Source: Candidatus Binatia bacterium
Lineage (GTDB): Bacteria > Desulfobacterota > Binatia > HRBIN30
Assembly: GCA_046327925.1 (NCBI GenBank)
Contig: JAXLXM010000001.1
Span: 555,316 to 619,315 of the forward strand
Length of the DNA: 64,000 bases
Reading direction: 5' to 3'
Of the stretch, positions 9,862 to 19,620 are shown piece by piece (within the stretch, counting starts at the first letter, position 1; each line of letters starts with the position of its first letter). The translations under genes were made by a program, and so were the position numbers. A model generated the notes under the pieces. That model made no database searches. It saw nothing but the letters and a program-made list of their open reading frames with translations, and was not told the DNA's origin.

Positions 9862-12800
9862 TCACGCGGACGGCGCATCGGCCAGCGGATCGATCTCGCG
9901 CTCCAGGGAGGCCACGTCATCGGGTGACAGGCTGAAGTACCGTGCCTCGGGGTGGTGGAAGACTAACGCCGTAACCGATCCCTCGGGGTCCATCATGTAC
10001 CCCTCGGTGAGTTGAACCCCGATGTGCACCGGCACGTCGAGCAGGCGGAACAGCTTGGCCTGATCTTCAAGGCGCGGGCAGGCCGGATAACCAAACGACA
10101 CGCGGACTCCGCGATAATGGGCTCTAAACAAATCCGCCATCGTCGTCCCCGCCGGATCGGGGAAGCCCCACATTTCGCGGATTTTCTGGTGCAGGAGCTC
10201 GGCGAACGCCTCCACGCCTTCGAGCGCCAGGACCTGCAGGATGTGCGATTTGAGGAATGCGCCCTCCGTCTTCCACTGCTCCGCGAGGCGGCGCACCCCC
10301 GGACCGATGGTGACCGCAAACAGGCACACGTAGTCCGACCGGCCGGCGTCCACCGGCAGGGTGAAGTCCGCCAAACAGAGGTGCGGCTCGACAGATTGCC
10401 GCCCAAAGTGAAAGGTCTCGATCGCGGTGCCGCCGTCGGACGTGTAGAGCCGCAGCCGATTGCCGTCGCTACGCGCCGGGAAGAAGTGGTAGACCGCGTT
10501 GGCGGTAATTTCGGGGTGCGCCAGCATCGTGGCTTCCACCGCCGCGACCTGTGCGCGGAGCGCCGTCGCTTTCGGGTGTCCGGCGGCCAGGGCATCTTCG
10601 AACTTGCCCTTGAAGCCGAGGTGACGCGTGTACAGCATCACCGGATTGATGTACCGGAAGATCGCTTCCAGATCGTAGTCGCGCAGCACGTGCAGCCGCA
10701 GATCCGGCGGTATCGGCACGTCGTCCACCGCGTGCACGACGGATCGCGGTCTACCCGCCCGGACCTCCGTGGGCTGCCGCGCCGGCATCGCCGCCTCGAA
10801 TTGGCGCGATTCCTCCTCAAGCCGGACGACCAGCGCCGCACGCTTGTCCGGATGCATCAGCTGATTCGCCAGGTCCAGCCCCGTCATCGCATCTTTGGCG
10901 TAGGCTACGGTCCCGTCGTATTGCGGAGCGATCTTCAGACGCGTGAACCGGTTGGACAGTGCCGCGCCACCAACCAGAATCGGACAGGCGACGCCGGCAG
11001 CGCTGAGGTCCTGCGCCGTCACCGCCATCATTTGCGCCGACTTGACCAGGAGCCCCGACAGACCGATGAGATCCGGCCGATACTGGCGATAGGCTTTGAT
11101 CAGTTCCTCCGGCGGCACCTTGATACCGAGGTTGACGATCTTGAAGCCGTTGTTGCCGAGAATGATATCGACGAGGTTCTTGCCGATGTCGTGGACATCC
11201 CCTTTCACGGTGGCGAGCAAGACCGTCCCCTTAGCGGCGCTCTCAGCCTTCTCCATATACGGCTCCAGGTATGCCACCGCTGCCTTCATCGCTTCCGCCG
11301 ACTGCAACACTTCGGCAACGATCATCTCGTTGGCGGCAAACAACCGCCCGACCGTGTCCATCCCGCCCATCAGCGGACCGTTGACGATGTCGAGCGGCTT
11401 GCGCTCCCGCAGCGCCAGGTCCAGATCGGCATGCAGACCGTCGCGCGCGCCTTCGACAATATACGAGCTCAGGCGTTCGTCGAGCGGCAGTTCGCGCCGA
11501 CGCTCCATCCGCGGGGTGGACACCTTGGCGCGGAAGTGCGCGGTAAATGCCGCGATCGGGTCGTCGCCGCGCCACCAAATCAGATCCTCCGCCAGCAACC
11601 GTTCCTGTTCCGGAATGGAGGGGTAGCGTTCGAGCTTCTCCGCATTGACGATGGCCATGTCGAGGCCCGCTTGCACGCAATGGTAGAGGAACACCGAGTT
11701 CAGCACTTCGCGCCCTGCCGGTGGTAGACCGAACGAGACGTTGGACACACCCAGGAGGGTCTTGCACGCGGGGAAGGCGTCCTTGATGAGGCGGATACCC
11801 TCGACCGTTTCGACCCCCGAGCCGATATAGTTCCGATCGCCGGTGCCGACGGGAAAGACCAGGGCATCGAAGATCACGTCCTCCGGCGGCACGCCATACC
11901 GAGTGGTCAGCAACTCGTAGGCGCGCCGCGCGATCTGCAGCTTGCGTTGGCGCGTGATCGCCTGCGCCTGATGCTTGTCGTCGTCGATACAGCCGACGAC
12001 GAGGGCGGCGCCGTAGCGGCGCGCCAACGGCACCACCTGCCGGAAGCGCGCTTCGTCATCTTCCAGATTGATCGAATTGACGATCGATTTCCCCTGGGTC
12101 CGCTGAAGGGCCTTCTCGATCACACCGGCGTCCGTGGTGTCGATCATGATCGGCACCTTCACCTTCTTCACGAGCACTTCGAGGAAGGCGCTGACATCGG
12201 CAGCTTCATCGCGGTCGGGATCCTGCAGGCAGACATCCACCACGTGGGCGCCGCGGCGCACCTGGGCGCGTCCCACTTCGGCGGCCTGGTCGAAATCGCC
12301 CGCGGCGATCAGTTCTTTGAACTTGCGGCTGCCCAGCACATTGGTGCGTTCGCCGACGATCACGGGACGGGTATCTCGATCGATGCTGAGCGTCTCGATG
12401 CCCGCGACCAGCGAACGGCGGCTGACGAGCGGCCGGTGTGGCCGGTGGCGCCCCGCCGCGGCGGCCAGCATCCGCACGTGCTCCGCCGTGGTTCCGCAGC
12501 AGCCGCCGACGATATTGACCCAGCCCTCGGCGCAGAAGCGCTCGACTTTTTTCGCCAACATGGCCGGCAATTCGTTGTAGCGTCCCTCTTCGTCCGGCAA
12601 TCCGGCGTTGGGGAATACGGAGATCGGAAACCGCGAAATCTCCGCCAGCGTACGCAGGTGGTCGGTCATGAAATCGGGTCCCGTGGCACAGTTCAGGCCG
12701 ATGGCGAGCAAGTCGCGATGGGCCACCGAGACGTAGAGCGCTTCGATCGACTGCCCAGCCAGCATCGTACCCATGGTTTCGATCGACACCGACAGCACCA

Positions 12801-13380
12801 CCGGCACGGAGCGCCGCAGTTGCGCGCTGGCGTCTTCGATGCCGAGAAGCGCCGCCTTGATGTTGAGGGTGTCCTGTTGCGTTTCGAGGAACAGCACGTC
12901 GACGCCGCCCGCGATGAGCGCCGCGGCTTGCTCGGCAAACGCCGCCTGCACCTCGTCGAAGGCGATCCCGCCGGTCACCGAAATTGCCTTCGTCCCGGGC
13001 CCCATGGAGCCGGCAACGAAGCGCGGCCGGCCGACGGTCGACGCGGCATCGGCGGCCACGCGCGCCAGCCCGGCGGCTCGGAAATTGACCGCGTACACCT
13101 GGTCTTGCAGCCCGTATTCGGCCAGCACGATGCGGGTGCCGCCGAAGGTGTTGGTCTCGATGATGTCCGCGCCGGCGTCCAGATAATCCCGGTGAATGGC
13201 GCTGATGACGTCCGGACGCGTCAGCACCAGGTGCTCGTTGCAGCCCTCCAGCTCGGAGCCGCCGAAGTCCTCGGCGTGCAGGTCGAGCGCCTGAATGGCG
13301 GTTCCCATCGCGCCGTCGAGCACGAGGATCCGTTGCTCCATTGCCGCGCGTAGCATCTGCTCGGATGTCGTATAATCCAT
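9862..13380 (-). CDS. metH: Cobalamin-dependent methionine synthase
   Basis: 1172 aa with all modules: the Hcy-binding domain (GLNCATGP, GGCCGTT), the pterin-binding domain, the B12-binding DxHxxG motif (GDVHDIGKNLV), and the C-terminal reactivation domain. Confidence 0.95.
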   Translation of the reverse strand: MDYTTSEQMLRAAMEQRILVLDGAMGTAIQALDLHAEDFGGSELEGCNEHLVLTRPDVISAIHRDYLDAGADIIETNTFGGTRIVLAEYGLQDQVYAVNFRAAGLARVAADAASTVGRPRFVAGSMGPGTKAISVTGGIAFDEVQAAFAEQAAALIAGGVDVLFLETQQDTLNIKAALLGIEDASAQLRRSVPVVLSVSIETMGTMLAGQSIEALYVSVAHRDLLAIGLNCATGPDFMTDHLRTLAEISRFPISVFPNAGLPDEEGRYNELPAMLAKKVERFCAEGWVNIVGGCCGTTAEHVRMLAAAAGRHRPHRPLVSRRSLVAGIETLSIDRDTRPVIVGERTNVLGSRKFKELIAAGDFDQAAEVGRAQVRRGAHVVDVCLQDPDRDEAADVSAFLEVLVKKVKVPIMIDTTDAGVIEKALQRTQGKSIVNSINLEDDEARFRQVVPLARRYGAALVVGCIDDDKHQAQAITRQRKLQIARRAYELLTTRYGVPPEDVIFDALVFPVGTGDRNYIGSGVETVEGIRLIKDAFPACKTLLGVSNVSFGLPPAGREVLNSVFLYHCVQAGLDMAIVNAEKLERYPSIPEQERLLAEDLIWWRGDDPIAAFTAHFRAKVSTPRMERRRELPLDERLSSYIVEGARDGLHADLDLALRERKPLDIVNGPLMGGMDTVGRLFAANEMIVAEVLQSAEAMKAAVAYLEPYMEKAESAAKGTVLLATVKGDVHDIGKNLVDIILGNNGFKIVNLGIKVPPEELIKAYRQYRPDLIGLSGLLVKSAQMMAVTAQDLSAAGVACPILVGGAALSNRFTRLKIAPQYDGTVAYAKDAMTGLDLANQLMHPDKRAALVVRLEEESRQFEAAMPARQPTEVRAGRPRSVVHAVDDVPIPPDLRLHVLRDYDLEAIFRYINPVMLYTRHLGFKGKFEDALAAGHPKATALRAQVAAVEATMLAHPEITANAVYHFFPARSDGNRLRLYTSDGGTAIETFHFGRQSVEPHLCLADFTLPVDAGRSDYVCLFAVTIGPGVRRLAEQWKTEGAFLKSHILQVLALEGVEAFAELLHQKIREMWGFPDPAGTTMADLFRAHYRGVRVSFGYPACPRLEDQAKLFRLLDVPVHIGVQLTEGYMMDPEGSVTALVFHHPEARYFSLSPDDVASLEREIDPLADAPSA

Positions 13381-13461
13381 CGGTACCTTTGTTTAGCGCA
13401 GCGCGCCGGCCAATTCCAAACGCAGGTCGTAGGGCAGTCGAGCGGTGCCGCGCTCGGGGCG

Positions 13462-13854
13462 TCAGGGCGTGATCTGCAACCCGAAGAACACCTGAGCGGC
13501 GGCCAGCAAGATGGCGGCGGCACCGAACCACGGGTGCGCGGCGCGCACCGCCGGAAATTCCATCCAGCGCGCGGTCAACGCACTCCCGGACAGCGCCAGC
13601 ACGACCGCGCCACCGCAGCGGAAGTGGACGCTGGCCGCCAGTTCAAGGTCGGGCCGCAGCAGCCATGTGGACGCGATTCCCCCGGCCCAGGCAACCAGCA
13701 CGATGACGTAGACGAATGGGGCGAGGCGCGCGTGCCGCGTGAGATATGTGGGCGCATGACGGCGGTCACTGCGGGCGCGTAACCCCAACGAGCCGACGTA
13801 GCCAAGCGCGACGACCGTTACGCCCGCCAACACCGGATGCACGTAGCGTAGCAC
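13462..13854 (-). CDS. Small four-TM membrane protein (DUF4079-like)
   Basis: 130-aa ORF with four hydrophobic helices and conserved-looking HP/His positions (YVHPVLAG, SVHF, AAHPWFG). The family call is from memory only. Confidence 0.5.
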   Translation of the reverse strand: MLRYVHPVLAGVTVVALGYVGSLGLRARSDRRHAPTYLTRHARLAPFVYVIVLVAWAGGIASTWLLRPDLELAASVHFRCGGAVVLALSGSALTARWMEFPAVRAAHPWFGAAAILLAAAQVFFGLQITP

Positions 13855-13887
13855 GCGATGCGCCCAATCGCTGGACTGCCCCCGTCG

Positions 13888-14520
13888 TCACACGTGGGCG
13901 CGCACCAGCCGCATCGGGAAGAGCGAGGCCCCGGGCATGTCGTGCGCCTGCACCGCATCGATCCGAAACCCGCACCGTTCAATGGTCCTGACGGTATCCC
14001 GGTTGATGTTGCACCCATCCATGGCCCAGCGCCACAGCGGGTTGAAAATGTCCTGCACCACCGCGCCCAGTGCGTGGTCGCTGCGGACGTGCTCAAAGAA
14101 GCGTACCGGCGACCCCGGTCGCAGCACCCGCCGCAGCTCCAGCAGACCCTGGGCGTCGTTGGGTACCGAACAGAACACCAGCGTCTGCAGCGCGCCGTCG
14201 AAACTGGCGTCCGGAAACGGCAACGCCTGCGCATCCCCGTCCTGCACGACGATATGCGCTTGTGCGCGCTGCGCACGTAGCGCGGCACAGGTACGGAACT
14301 CCTCGAGCGGCTCGATCGCCGCCACCTCCAGCCCGGCTGGATAGTGCGCGAAGTTCAATCCCGTACCGCAGCCGACCTCGATGATTCTGCCGTGCATCTC
14401 CGCCGCCAACTCGGCACGAATGGCCGCCAACCCGGCACGTTCCATGGGCGCCGTGAAGTGTTCGTACAGAGCCGCCATGCCGCCGTAGCGGCGCGCCGCC
14501 CATCGCGTGAGGAGACTCAT
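13888..14520 (-). CDS. Class I SAM-dependent methyltransferase
   Basis: Motif I IIEVGCGTGLN, followed by an acidic post-I residue and the DASFD motif. Length is 210 aa. Confidence 0.75.
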   Translation of the reverse strand: MSLLTRWAARRYGGMAALYEHFTAPMERAGLAAIRAELAAEMHGRIIEVGCGTGLNFAHYPAGLEVAAIEPLEEFRTCAALRAQRAQAHIVVQDGDAQALPFPDASFDGALQTLVFCSVPNDAQGLLELRRVLRPGSPVRFFEHVRSDHALGAVVQDIFNPLWRWAMDGCNINRDTVRTIERCGFRIDAVQAHDMPGASLFPMRLVRAHV

Positions 14521-14852
14521 GCATGTTCTTTGTTAGCAGGGTCCAGGAACCGTGGAAAGATCCGGGCAACGGTGCATCCTCTGGCATCGGCGCGCCATCG
14601 GGGGCGGCGGGCACACCGGCCGCGGTCGGCGCGATCGCGAATTTGACTTTGCTCGGAGGCCTGGTTAGAAGGCGGGCCGGCTGGCTCGTACAGAACGGGA
14701 CCTGACTGTATGCCGTGTTCACGCAGTGCCGTAACGGTACGGTCGACAAAGGCGCCGCACCCGTTTGCCGGTGTGGCCCTGCCACGTCGCGAGCGGCCTA
14801 TCAGCACGGTGCACGCCCCGGCGGCGGGGTGTGCCGGGGAAAGGAGACGGAC

Positions 14853-14999
14853 ATGGACGATCTGCTGTTGCGCAGGCGGGAGGAAGAGGACGAGGAAGAG
14901 GACTGGGACGAAGAAGACGAGGACGACTACGACGAAGACGATGAGGACGACGACGATTTCGAGGACGAAGACGAGGACGAGTGGGACGTGGATGACTGA
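14853..14999 (+). CDS. Hypothetical 48-aa hyper-acidic mini-protein
   Basis: ATG at 14853 is preceded by AAGGAG with a 6-nt spacer. It encodes MDDLLLRRREEEDEEEDWDEEDEDDYDEDDEDDDDFEDEDEDEWDVDD. It ends 16 nt before dtd on the same strand. No family is recognised and the coding status is unproven. Confidence 0.35.
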   Translation: MDDLLLRRREEEDEEEDWDEEDEDDYDEDDEDDDDFEDEDEDEWDVDD

Positions 15000-15015
15000 T
15001 CGCTAGGCCGCTACC

Positions 15016-15462
15016 GTGCGGGGTGTGATACAACGCGTCGCCAGCGCACGTGTTGTGGTTGCCGGCACGCTCGTGAGTGCGATTCAGTCGGGCCTCCTAC
15101 TGCTCCTCGGCATCGCCCACGCGGACACCGAAGTGCAGGCCAACTGGCTGCTCGACAAGGTGCTGGGCCTGCGGGTCTTCGAGGACGAGCACGGGAAATT
15201 TGCCCGCTCATTGCGCGATGTCCGCGGAGAACTGATGGTGGTGTCGCAATTCACGTTGCTCGCCGATACCCGTAAGGGGCGGCGGCCGTCGTTCGCCGGC
15301 GCGGCCCCGCCGGCGCAGGCCGTCGCCCTGTACGAGCACCTGGTCGCACGCGCCCGCAATCAGGGACTCGCCGTCGCCACGGGCAGCTTCGGCGCCCGCA
15401 TGCAGGTCGAATTGGTGAATGACGGACCGGTAACCATTGTGTTGGATACCGTGGAGCGCTGA
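15016..15462 (+). CDS. dtd: D-aminoacyl-tRNA deacylase
   Basis: MRGVIQRV..A.V.V....V..I..GLL.LLGI N-terminus, SQFTL motif, length 148 aa. This is typical of Dtd. Confidence 0.9.
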   Translation: MRGVIQRVASARVVVAGTLVSAIQSGLLLLLGIAHADTEVQANWLLDKVLGLRVFEDEHGKFARSLRDVRGELMVVSQFTLLADTRKGRRPSFAGAAPPAQAVALYEHLVARARNQGLAVATGSFGARMQVELVNDGPVTIVLDTVER

Positions 15463-15478
15463 CCGAAAGACAGATGCC

Positions 15479-15973
15479 ATGCCCGGCGCGGGGTTTTTTC
15501 CTATTGCGGCTTCCCAGCTGCGGTTCGGTAGCGACGGGCGGTGGTACGCCGACGACGAACCCGTAACGCACGCGCGTCTGGCGCGCTTTTTCACCCGCTA
15601 CCTGCGGCGCAAAGCGTCGGGAGGATACGAAATCTGGGTCGACGAGCGCTACCACGCCGACGTGGAGATCGCCGACACCCCTTATGTCGTCGTCTCGGTC
15701 AGCGCCCCCCCCAGTGCGGCGGAAACCTGCTCCTCCTCGTCCGGTTCCGGCTTCACCCTACTGATCAATGACGAAACGACCGAACCCCTGGACCCCACGA
15801 CGTTACGGGTAGGTGCGGCCAACGTCTTGTACTGCCGCATCAAGGGCGGCACGGAAGGCGCGCGGTTCCTGCGGCCAGCCTATTACCACCTCGCACACTT
15901 CATCGAGGAAATCGGCGACGGGCATTTCTGGCTTCGTTGCGGTACCGCCGCACACCCCATTGCCACCCACTGA
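15479..15973 (+). CDS. DUF1285 domain protein
   Basis: LRFGSDGRWYADDEPVTHARLARFFTRYLRR...YEIWVDERYHADVEIADTPYVVV matches the DUF1285 pattern I remember. Start set at the ATG at 15479, 17 nt after dtd. Confidence 0.6.
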   Translation: MPGAGFFPIAASQLRFGSDGRWYADDEPVTHARLARFFTRYLRRKASGGYEIWVDERYHADVEIADTPYVVVSVSAPPSAAETCSSSSGSGFTLLINDETTEPLDPTTLRVGAANVLYCRIKGGTEGARFLRPAYYHLAHFIEEIGDGHFWLRCGTAAHPIATH

Positions 15974-16436
15974 CATCCATCCGACGCTGCACGTCGTCCT
16001 GGTGGCACCGGAAATTCCACCCAACACCGGGAGTATTGCCCGCCTCTGCGCCGCTACCGCGACACGGCTCCACCTCATCCGCCCTCTCGGCTTCTCGCTC
16101 GACGATCGCTACCTCAAACGTGCCGGCCTCGACTACTGGCCGTACGTGGACGTACACGTGTACGACGATTGGCCCCAGTTTCGCCGCCAACATTCCGATA
16201 CACACCTGCACTTCTTTTCCGCGCGGGCCGCCCGCAGCTATCTGAGCGTCTGCTACGGCCGGGGCGACGCGCTGGTGTTCGGATCCGAGACCAAGGGGCT
16301 ACCGGCGACACTGCTGGCCGCTCACGCGGATAACGCCTACGCGATTCCGATCGCCAATCCGCACGTCCGCAGCCTCAACCTCTCGAACGCCGTGAGCATT
16401 GTGGTCTACGAGGCGCTGCGTCAACTGGCGGATTGA
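15960..16436 (+). CDS. trmL: tRNA (cytidine/uridine-2'-O)-methyltransferase TrmL (SpoU/TrmH family)
   Basis: LHVVLVAPEIPPNTGSIARLCAAT...RAGLDYW...GSETKGLP...SLNLSNAVSIVVYEALRQL is collinear with my recollection of E. coli TrmL. There is no ATG near the homologous N-terminus. An in-frame TTG at 15960 is proposed, so the start is uncertain. Confidence 0.8.
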   Translation: MPPTDIHPTLHVVLVAPEIPPNTGSIARLCAATATRLHLIRPLGFSLDDRYLKRAGLDYWPYVDVHVYDDWPQFRRQHSDTHLHFFSARAARSYLSVCYGRGDALVFGSETKGLPATLLAAHADNAYAIPIANPHVRSLNLSNAVSIVVYEALRQLAD

Positions 16437-16445
16437 ACCGCGCGC

Positions 16446-17060
16446 TCAGCCGCGGGCAAGCAACCGATCCCACAAGGTGCGCACGTCCCGGCGTAGGTCC
16501 GCAAGCGAACCGGTGTTGCGGATGACCACGTCGGCGTGGCGCTGTCGCTCGGCGTCGCTCAATTGGGCCGCGATCCGCGCGGCAACCGCGGACGCCTGGA
16601 GGCCGCGCTGCTTTTCCAGCCGGTCGATGACCCGATCCGCGCTGGCGATCACCAGCCAGACTTCGTCCACGAGCGGCAGCCAGTTCGCCTCGATCAGCAC
16701 CGCGGCCTCGACCACGATAGGGTAGGCATGCCCCGCGGCGCGATACGCGGCAATCCGCCGCTGGATCTCGGCGAAGATGAGCGGGTGCACGATGGCGTTG
16801 AGCCGCGCCAGCGCCTGCGGATCGCTGAATACTACCGCCCCAAGCCGTTGGCGGTCGATGCTCTCGTCCGGAGCCAAGATGGCGGCACCGAACGTGGCGA
16901 GCAGCCGCTGCCATCCATCGCTGTGTGGGCGGTAGGTTTCGTGACCGACGGTATCGGCGTGAATCACCGTGGCCCCAAACTCCTCGAGCACAGCGGCCAC
17001 GGTCGTCTTCCCGGAGCCGATGCCTCCGGTCAGGCCGATGGCTTTCACACGCTCTTGCAT
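16446..17060 (-). CDS. coaE: Dephospho-CoA kinase
   Basis: Start at the ATG at 17060 gives MQERVKAIGLTGGIGSGKTTVA (P-loop at the N-terminus) and 204 aa. The upstream extension of ORF 16446..17429 is Arg/Ser-rich and not CoaE-like. Confidence 0.85.
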   Translation of the reverse strand: MQERVKAIGLTGGIGSGKTTVAAVLEEFGATVIHADTVGHETYRPHSDGWQRLLATFGAAILAPDESIDRQRLGAVVFSDPQALARLNAIVHPLIFAEIQRRIAAYRAAGHAYPIVVEAAVLIEANWLPLVDEVWLVIASADRVIDRLEKQRGLQASAVAARIAAQLSDAERQRHADVVIRNTGSLADLRRDVRTLWDRLLARG

Positions 17061-17190
17061 ACCGAAGGGCAGGCCGTGCGTCCAGCGCCCGCCGCGTGCA
17101 CGGGCGCCGCGACACAGCCGCGCGCGCCTCGGCGAGACGGCAGAGGGAGGGGATCGGACCGACGACCGCTGGCGGGCGCCGCCGGCGTGC

Positions 17191-17583
17191 CTACCCGACA
17201 GCGGCAAAATGGCCGTCAGAGGAGGTGACTGCCGCGACGTCGCGAAGGATCGGGCGTCGGAGGTCCACCGTATGTTGCCGCCAGGCCTGCATACCGTGAC
17301 GCAAGTAATCGGGATCGATCTCCAGTGTCTCGCAAATGTTCTCGAACGAGAAATACCACGTCCGCTCCTGACACGATATCCACTCATCGGCTTCGGCAAA
17401 CAGCTGATGCCCGTGCAGGTCGCTGGCAAAGGCGTACTTCTGATAACACTCCAGCGCGTCTTGGAGCACGGCCAACATCAGGCGCTTCTCACCGCGCACA
17501 GCCGAGCCACCGCGAAACGCCGCATAGAATTGTGCCGGCAATAGCGCATCCGGTTCGAACAACCCGAAGGATCGATCACTCAT
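17191..17583 (-). CDS. Hypothetical protein
   Basis: 130 aa from the ATG at 17583 (MSDRSFGLFEPDALL...). The composition looks coding. No family is recognised. Confidence 0.4.
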   Translation of the reverse strand: MSDRSFGLFEPDALLPAQFYAAFRGGSAVRGEKRLMLAVLQDALECYQKYAFASDLHGHQLFAEADEWISCQERTWYFSFENICETLEIDPDYLRHGMQAWRQHTVDLRRPILRDVAAVTSSDGHFAAVG

Positions 17584-17781
17584 ACACCCCCCACGCGACA
17601 ACCCGACCCAGGCTAGTAGAAATCGACAGATAAGCCAAATGAAAAACGCTACTAGCCCGTCGCCAGTAGTGCTTATCGCACTCGGAGCGGGCACACAAGA
17701 GCGCACATCCGCCGGTACGGCAAACGTGCGCTCTTGCGCGTGTACAAACAGCCCGGCTGGGACCTTACGCCCGGCCCGGCG

Positions 17782-18063
17782 TTATTTCTTTCCGAGTACC
17801 GATTCCTTGAAGGTCTTGGCCACCGAGAACCGAACCTTCTTACGTGCGGGGATCTTGATCTGTTCGCCCGTTTGTGGGTTACGCCCCATCCGCGCCTTGG
17901 TCTGTACCTTGCGGAATGTACCCAGACCAGGGATCTTCACCGGGTCCCCCTTCTTGACCGAGCTCACCGTCACGTCAACCAGCGTCTGCAGAACAGCATC
18001 GGCTTGTTTCTTACTCACATCCGCCACATCCGCCAGCTTCTGAACCAACTGCGATTTGGTCAT
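17782..18063 (-). CDS. hup: HU-family nucleoid DNA-binding protein
   Basis: MTKSQLVQKLA....SKKQA..VL..L......VKKGD.V.IPGLGTF......AR.GRNPQTGE.I.IPA is the classic HU/IHF signature. Length is 93 aa from the ATG at 18063. Confidence 0.9.
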   Translation of the reverse strand: MTKSQLVQKLADVADVSKKQADAVLQTLVDVTVSSVKKGDPVKIPGLGTFRKVQTKARMGRNPQTGEQIKIPARKKVRFSVAKTFKESVLGKK

Positions 18064-18229
18064 CGCCCTTCCCTCCCCTCGCTGCTCGACGCTCCCCTGC
18101 CGAGCCAATAGTGCGGTATAACTGCATCGGACAGCCGCTGGTGTCAAGCAAAATATGCCGGAAAACGAGCGTTCGGCGCAATTTTGTCCCAGGTCGGCCG
18201 CGGTTCCCGAACGCCTGACTGCACCGTGC

Positions 18230-19546
18230 TTAGTCGTAGTATTCCAAACCGAGGTGGGTGATCAGTTCTTCGCCACGCAAAAAGCGCAGCGTGTTCTTCA
18301 GTTTCATGAGTTGGATGAACAAATCGTGTTCGGGGTAGAGCCCCGGGGCGGTTTGTGGGCTCTTGAAGTAAAACGACAACCATTCTTGGACGCCCTTCAT
18401 CCCGGCGCGCTGCGCGAGGTCGAGCAACAAGGCCAGGTCCAGCACCAGAGGCGCGGCCAAGATGGAATCCCGGCAAAGGAAGTTGATCTTGATCTGCATC
18501 GGATAACCGAGCCAACCGAAAATGTCGATATTATCCCAGCCCTCCTTGTTGTCGCCGCGCGGTGGATAGTAATGGATATTCACCCGGTGCACGTAATCTT
18601 TGTAGAGCTCCGGGTAGATCTCCTGCTGCAGAATCACGTCGAGGACCGACAGCTTGCTCTCCTCTTTGGTCTTGAACGACGACGGTTCATCCAAGACCTC
18701 GCCATCGCGATTGCCCAGAATATTGGTGGAAAACCATCCGGTGAGGCCGAGGAGTCTGGCCTTCAGGCCCGGAGCGATGATCGTCTTCATCAGCGTCTGG
18801 CCGGTCTTGAAATCTTTGCCGCAAATGGGGACGCGATGGCGCTCGGCGAGGCCGATCAATGCCGGGATATCTACGGTGAGATTCGGCGCCCCGTTGGCGA
18901 AGGGGATGCCGAGGGACAGCGCCGCATAGGCGTAGATCATACTCGGCGCGATGGCCGCATCGTTGGCCCGCAGGCCGTGTTCGAACTCGTCCAGCGACGC
19001 GTGCACCGCGCCGGATCGCAAGAAAGACTCGGTGCTGCCGCACCAGATCATGACCACACGCGACGCGCCCGTGGCCGCACGAAAGGCGCGGATATCGGCC
19101 ATCACTTGCTCGGCCAGATCCGCTTTGTGGGCGCCCACCTTCACGTGCGGACCGTCGAGGCGCTTGACGTAGTCGCGGGAGAACACGGCCGGCCACGGCT
19201 TGACCGCCTCCAATTCCGGCCGCACGCGATCCAGCAGCGCGGGCTCCACGACGCTGGCGCGCACCGCGGCTTGATACGCGTTATCCGGGAAAATGTCCCA
19301 GGCGCCGAATACCAGCGCATCGACGCCTGCCAACGGAACGAACTCGCGTATCCGGGGTGTGCGCTTGTCGGTCCGCTTGCCCAGCCGAATGGTCCCGAGC
19401 TGCGTCAGCGAGCCGATGGGCTGACCGATGCCCTTCTTCAGCAGTTCGACGCCGGCAATGAAGGTGCTGCTCACGGCGCCCAGCCCGACCAGTAAGACGC
19501 CCAGTTTCCCCTCGGCCTCGGCAATTGCGTTTCGCGTACCCGTCAT
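18230..19546 (-). CDS. ino1: myo-Inositol-1-phosphate (inositol-3-phosphate) synthase
   Basis: 438 aa from the ATG at 19546 (MTGTRNAIAEAEGKLGVLLVGLGAVSSTFIAG...). It is collinear with bacterial/archaeal MIPS as I remember them (NAD-binding N-terminus, ...FKTGQTL.K...AP.L). The 219-codon upstream extension is Arg-rich junk overlapping the next gene. Confidence 0.8.
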   Translation of the reverse strand: MTGTRNAIAEAEGKLGVLLVGLGAVSSTFIAGVELLKKGIGQPIGSLTQLGTIRLGKRTDKRTPRIREFVPLAGVDALVFGAWDIFPDNAYQAAVRASVVEPALLDRVRPELEAVKPWPAVFSRDYVKRLDGPHVKVGAHKADLAEQVMADIRAFRAATGASRVVMIWCGSTESFLRSGAVHASLDEFEHGLRANDAAIAPSMIYAYAALSLGIPFANGAPNLTVDIPALIGLAERHRVPICGKDFKTGQTLMKTIIAPGLKARLLGLTGWFSTNILGNRDGEVLDEPSSFKTKEESKLSVLDVILQQEIYPELYKDYVHRVNIHYYPPRGDNKEGWDNIDIFGWLGYPMQIKINFLCRDSILAAPLVLDLALLLDLAQRAGMKGVQEWLSFYFKSPQTAPGLYPEHDLFIQLMKLKNTLRFLRGEELITHLGLEYYD

Positions 19547-19620
19547 GGCGTACCAATAGGCAACCACCGTTGGCGACGCAAGGTAATTGCCCGCGCCGTC
19601 GCACCCACGGCGCGGGCGGG

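Noticed and set aside
13381-13461. Looked for a cobalamin riboswitch (B12 box) upstream of metH, and also in 57410-57785 and 58239-58485 near the corrinoid genes
   Set aside because: No B12-box-like element or conserved riboswitch core was recognised by eye. The metH leader is only about 80 nt. A covariance-model scan (Rfam RF00174, plus SAM/SAH models) would be needed to exclude one formally.
10012-13531. Long alternative-frame and antisense ORFs within metH (10012-11727 +, 11947-13353 +, 12206-13531 -)
   Set aside because: metH is unambiguous over this span. The alternatives are Arg/Pro/Gly-rich with no family signatures. They are typical GC-driven open frames.
18100-18150. Possible promoter for the HU gene (TTGACA on the minus strand at 18148-18143)
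   Set aside because: No acceptable -10 hexamer lies at 16-19 nt spacing. The best candidates are TTATAC at 20 nt and TATACC at 22 nt. Too weak to annotate.
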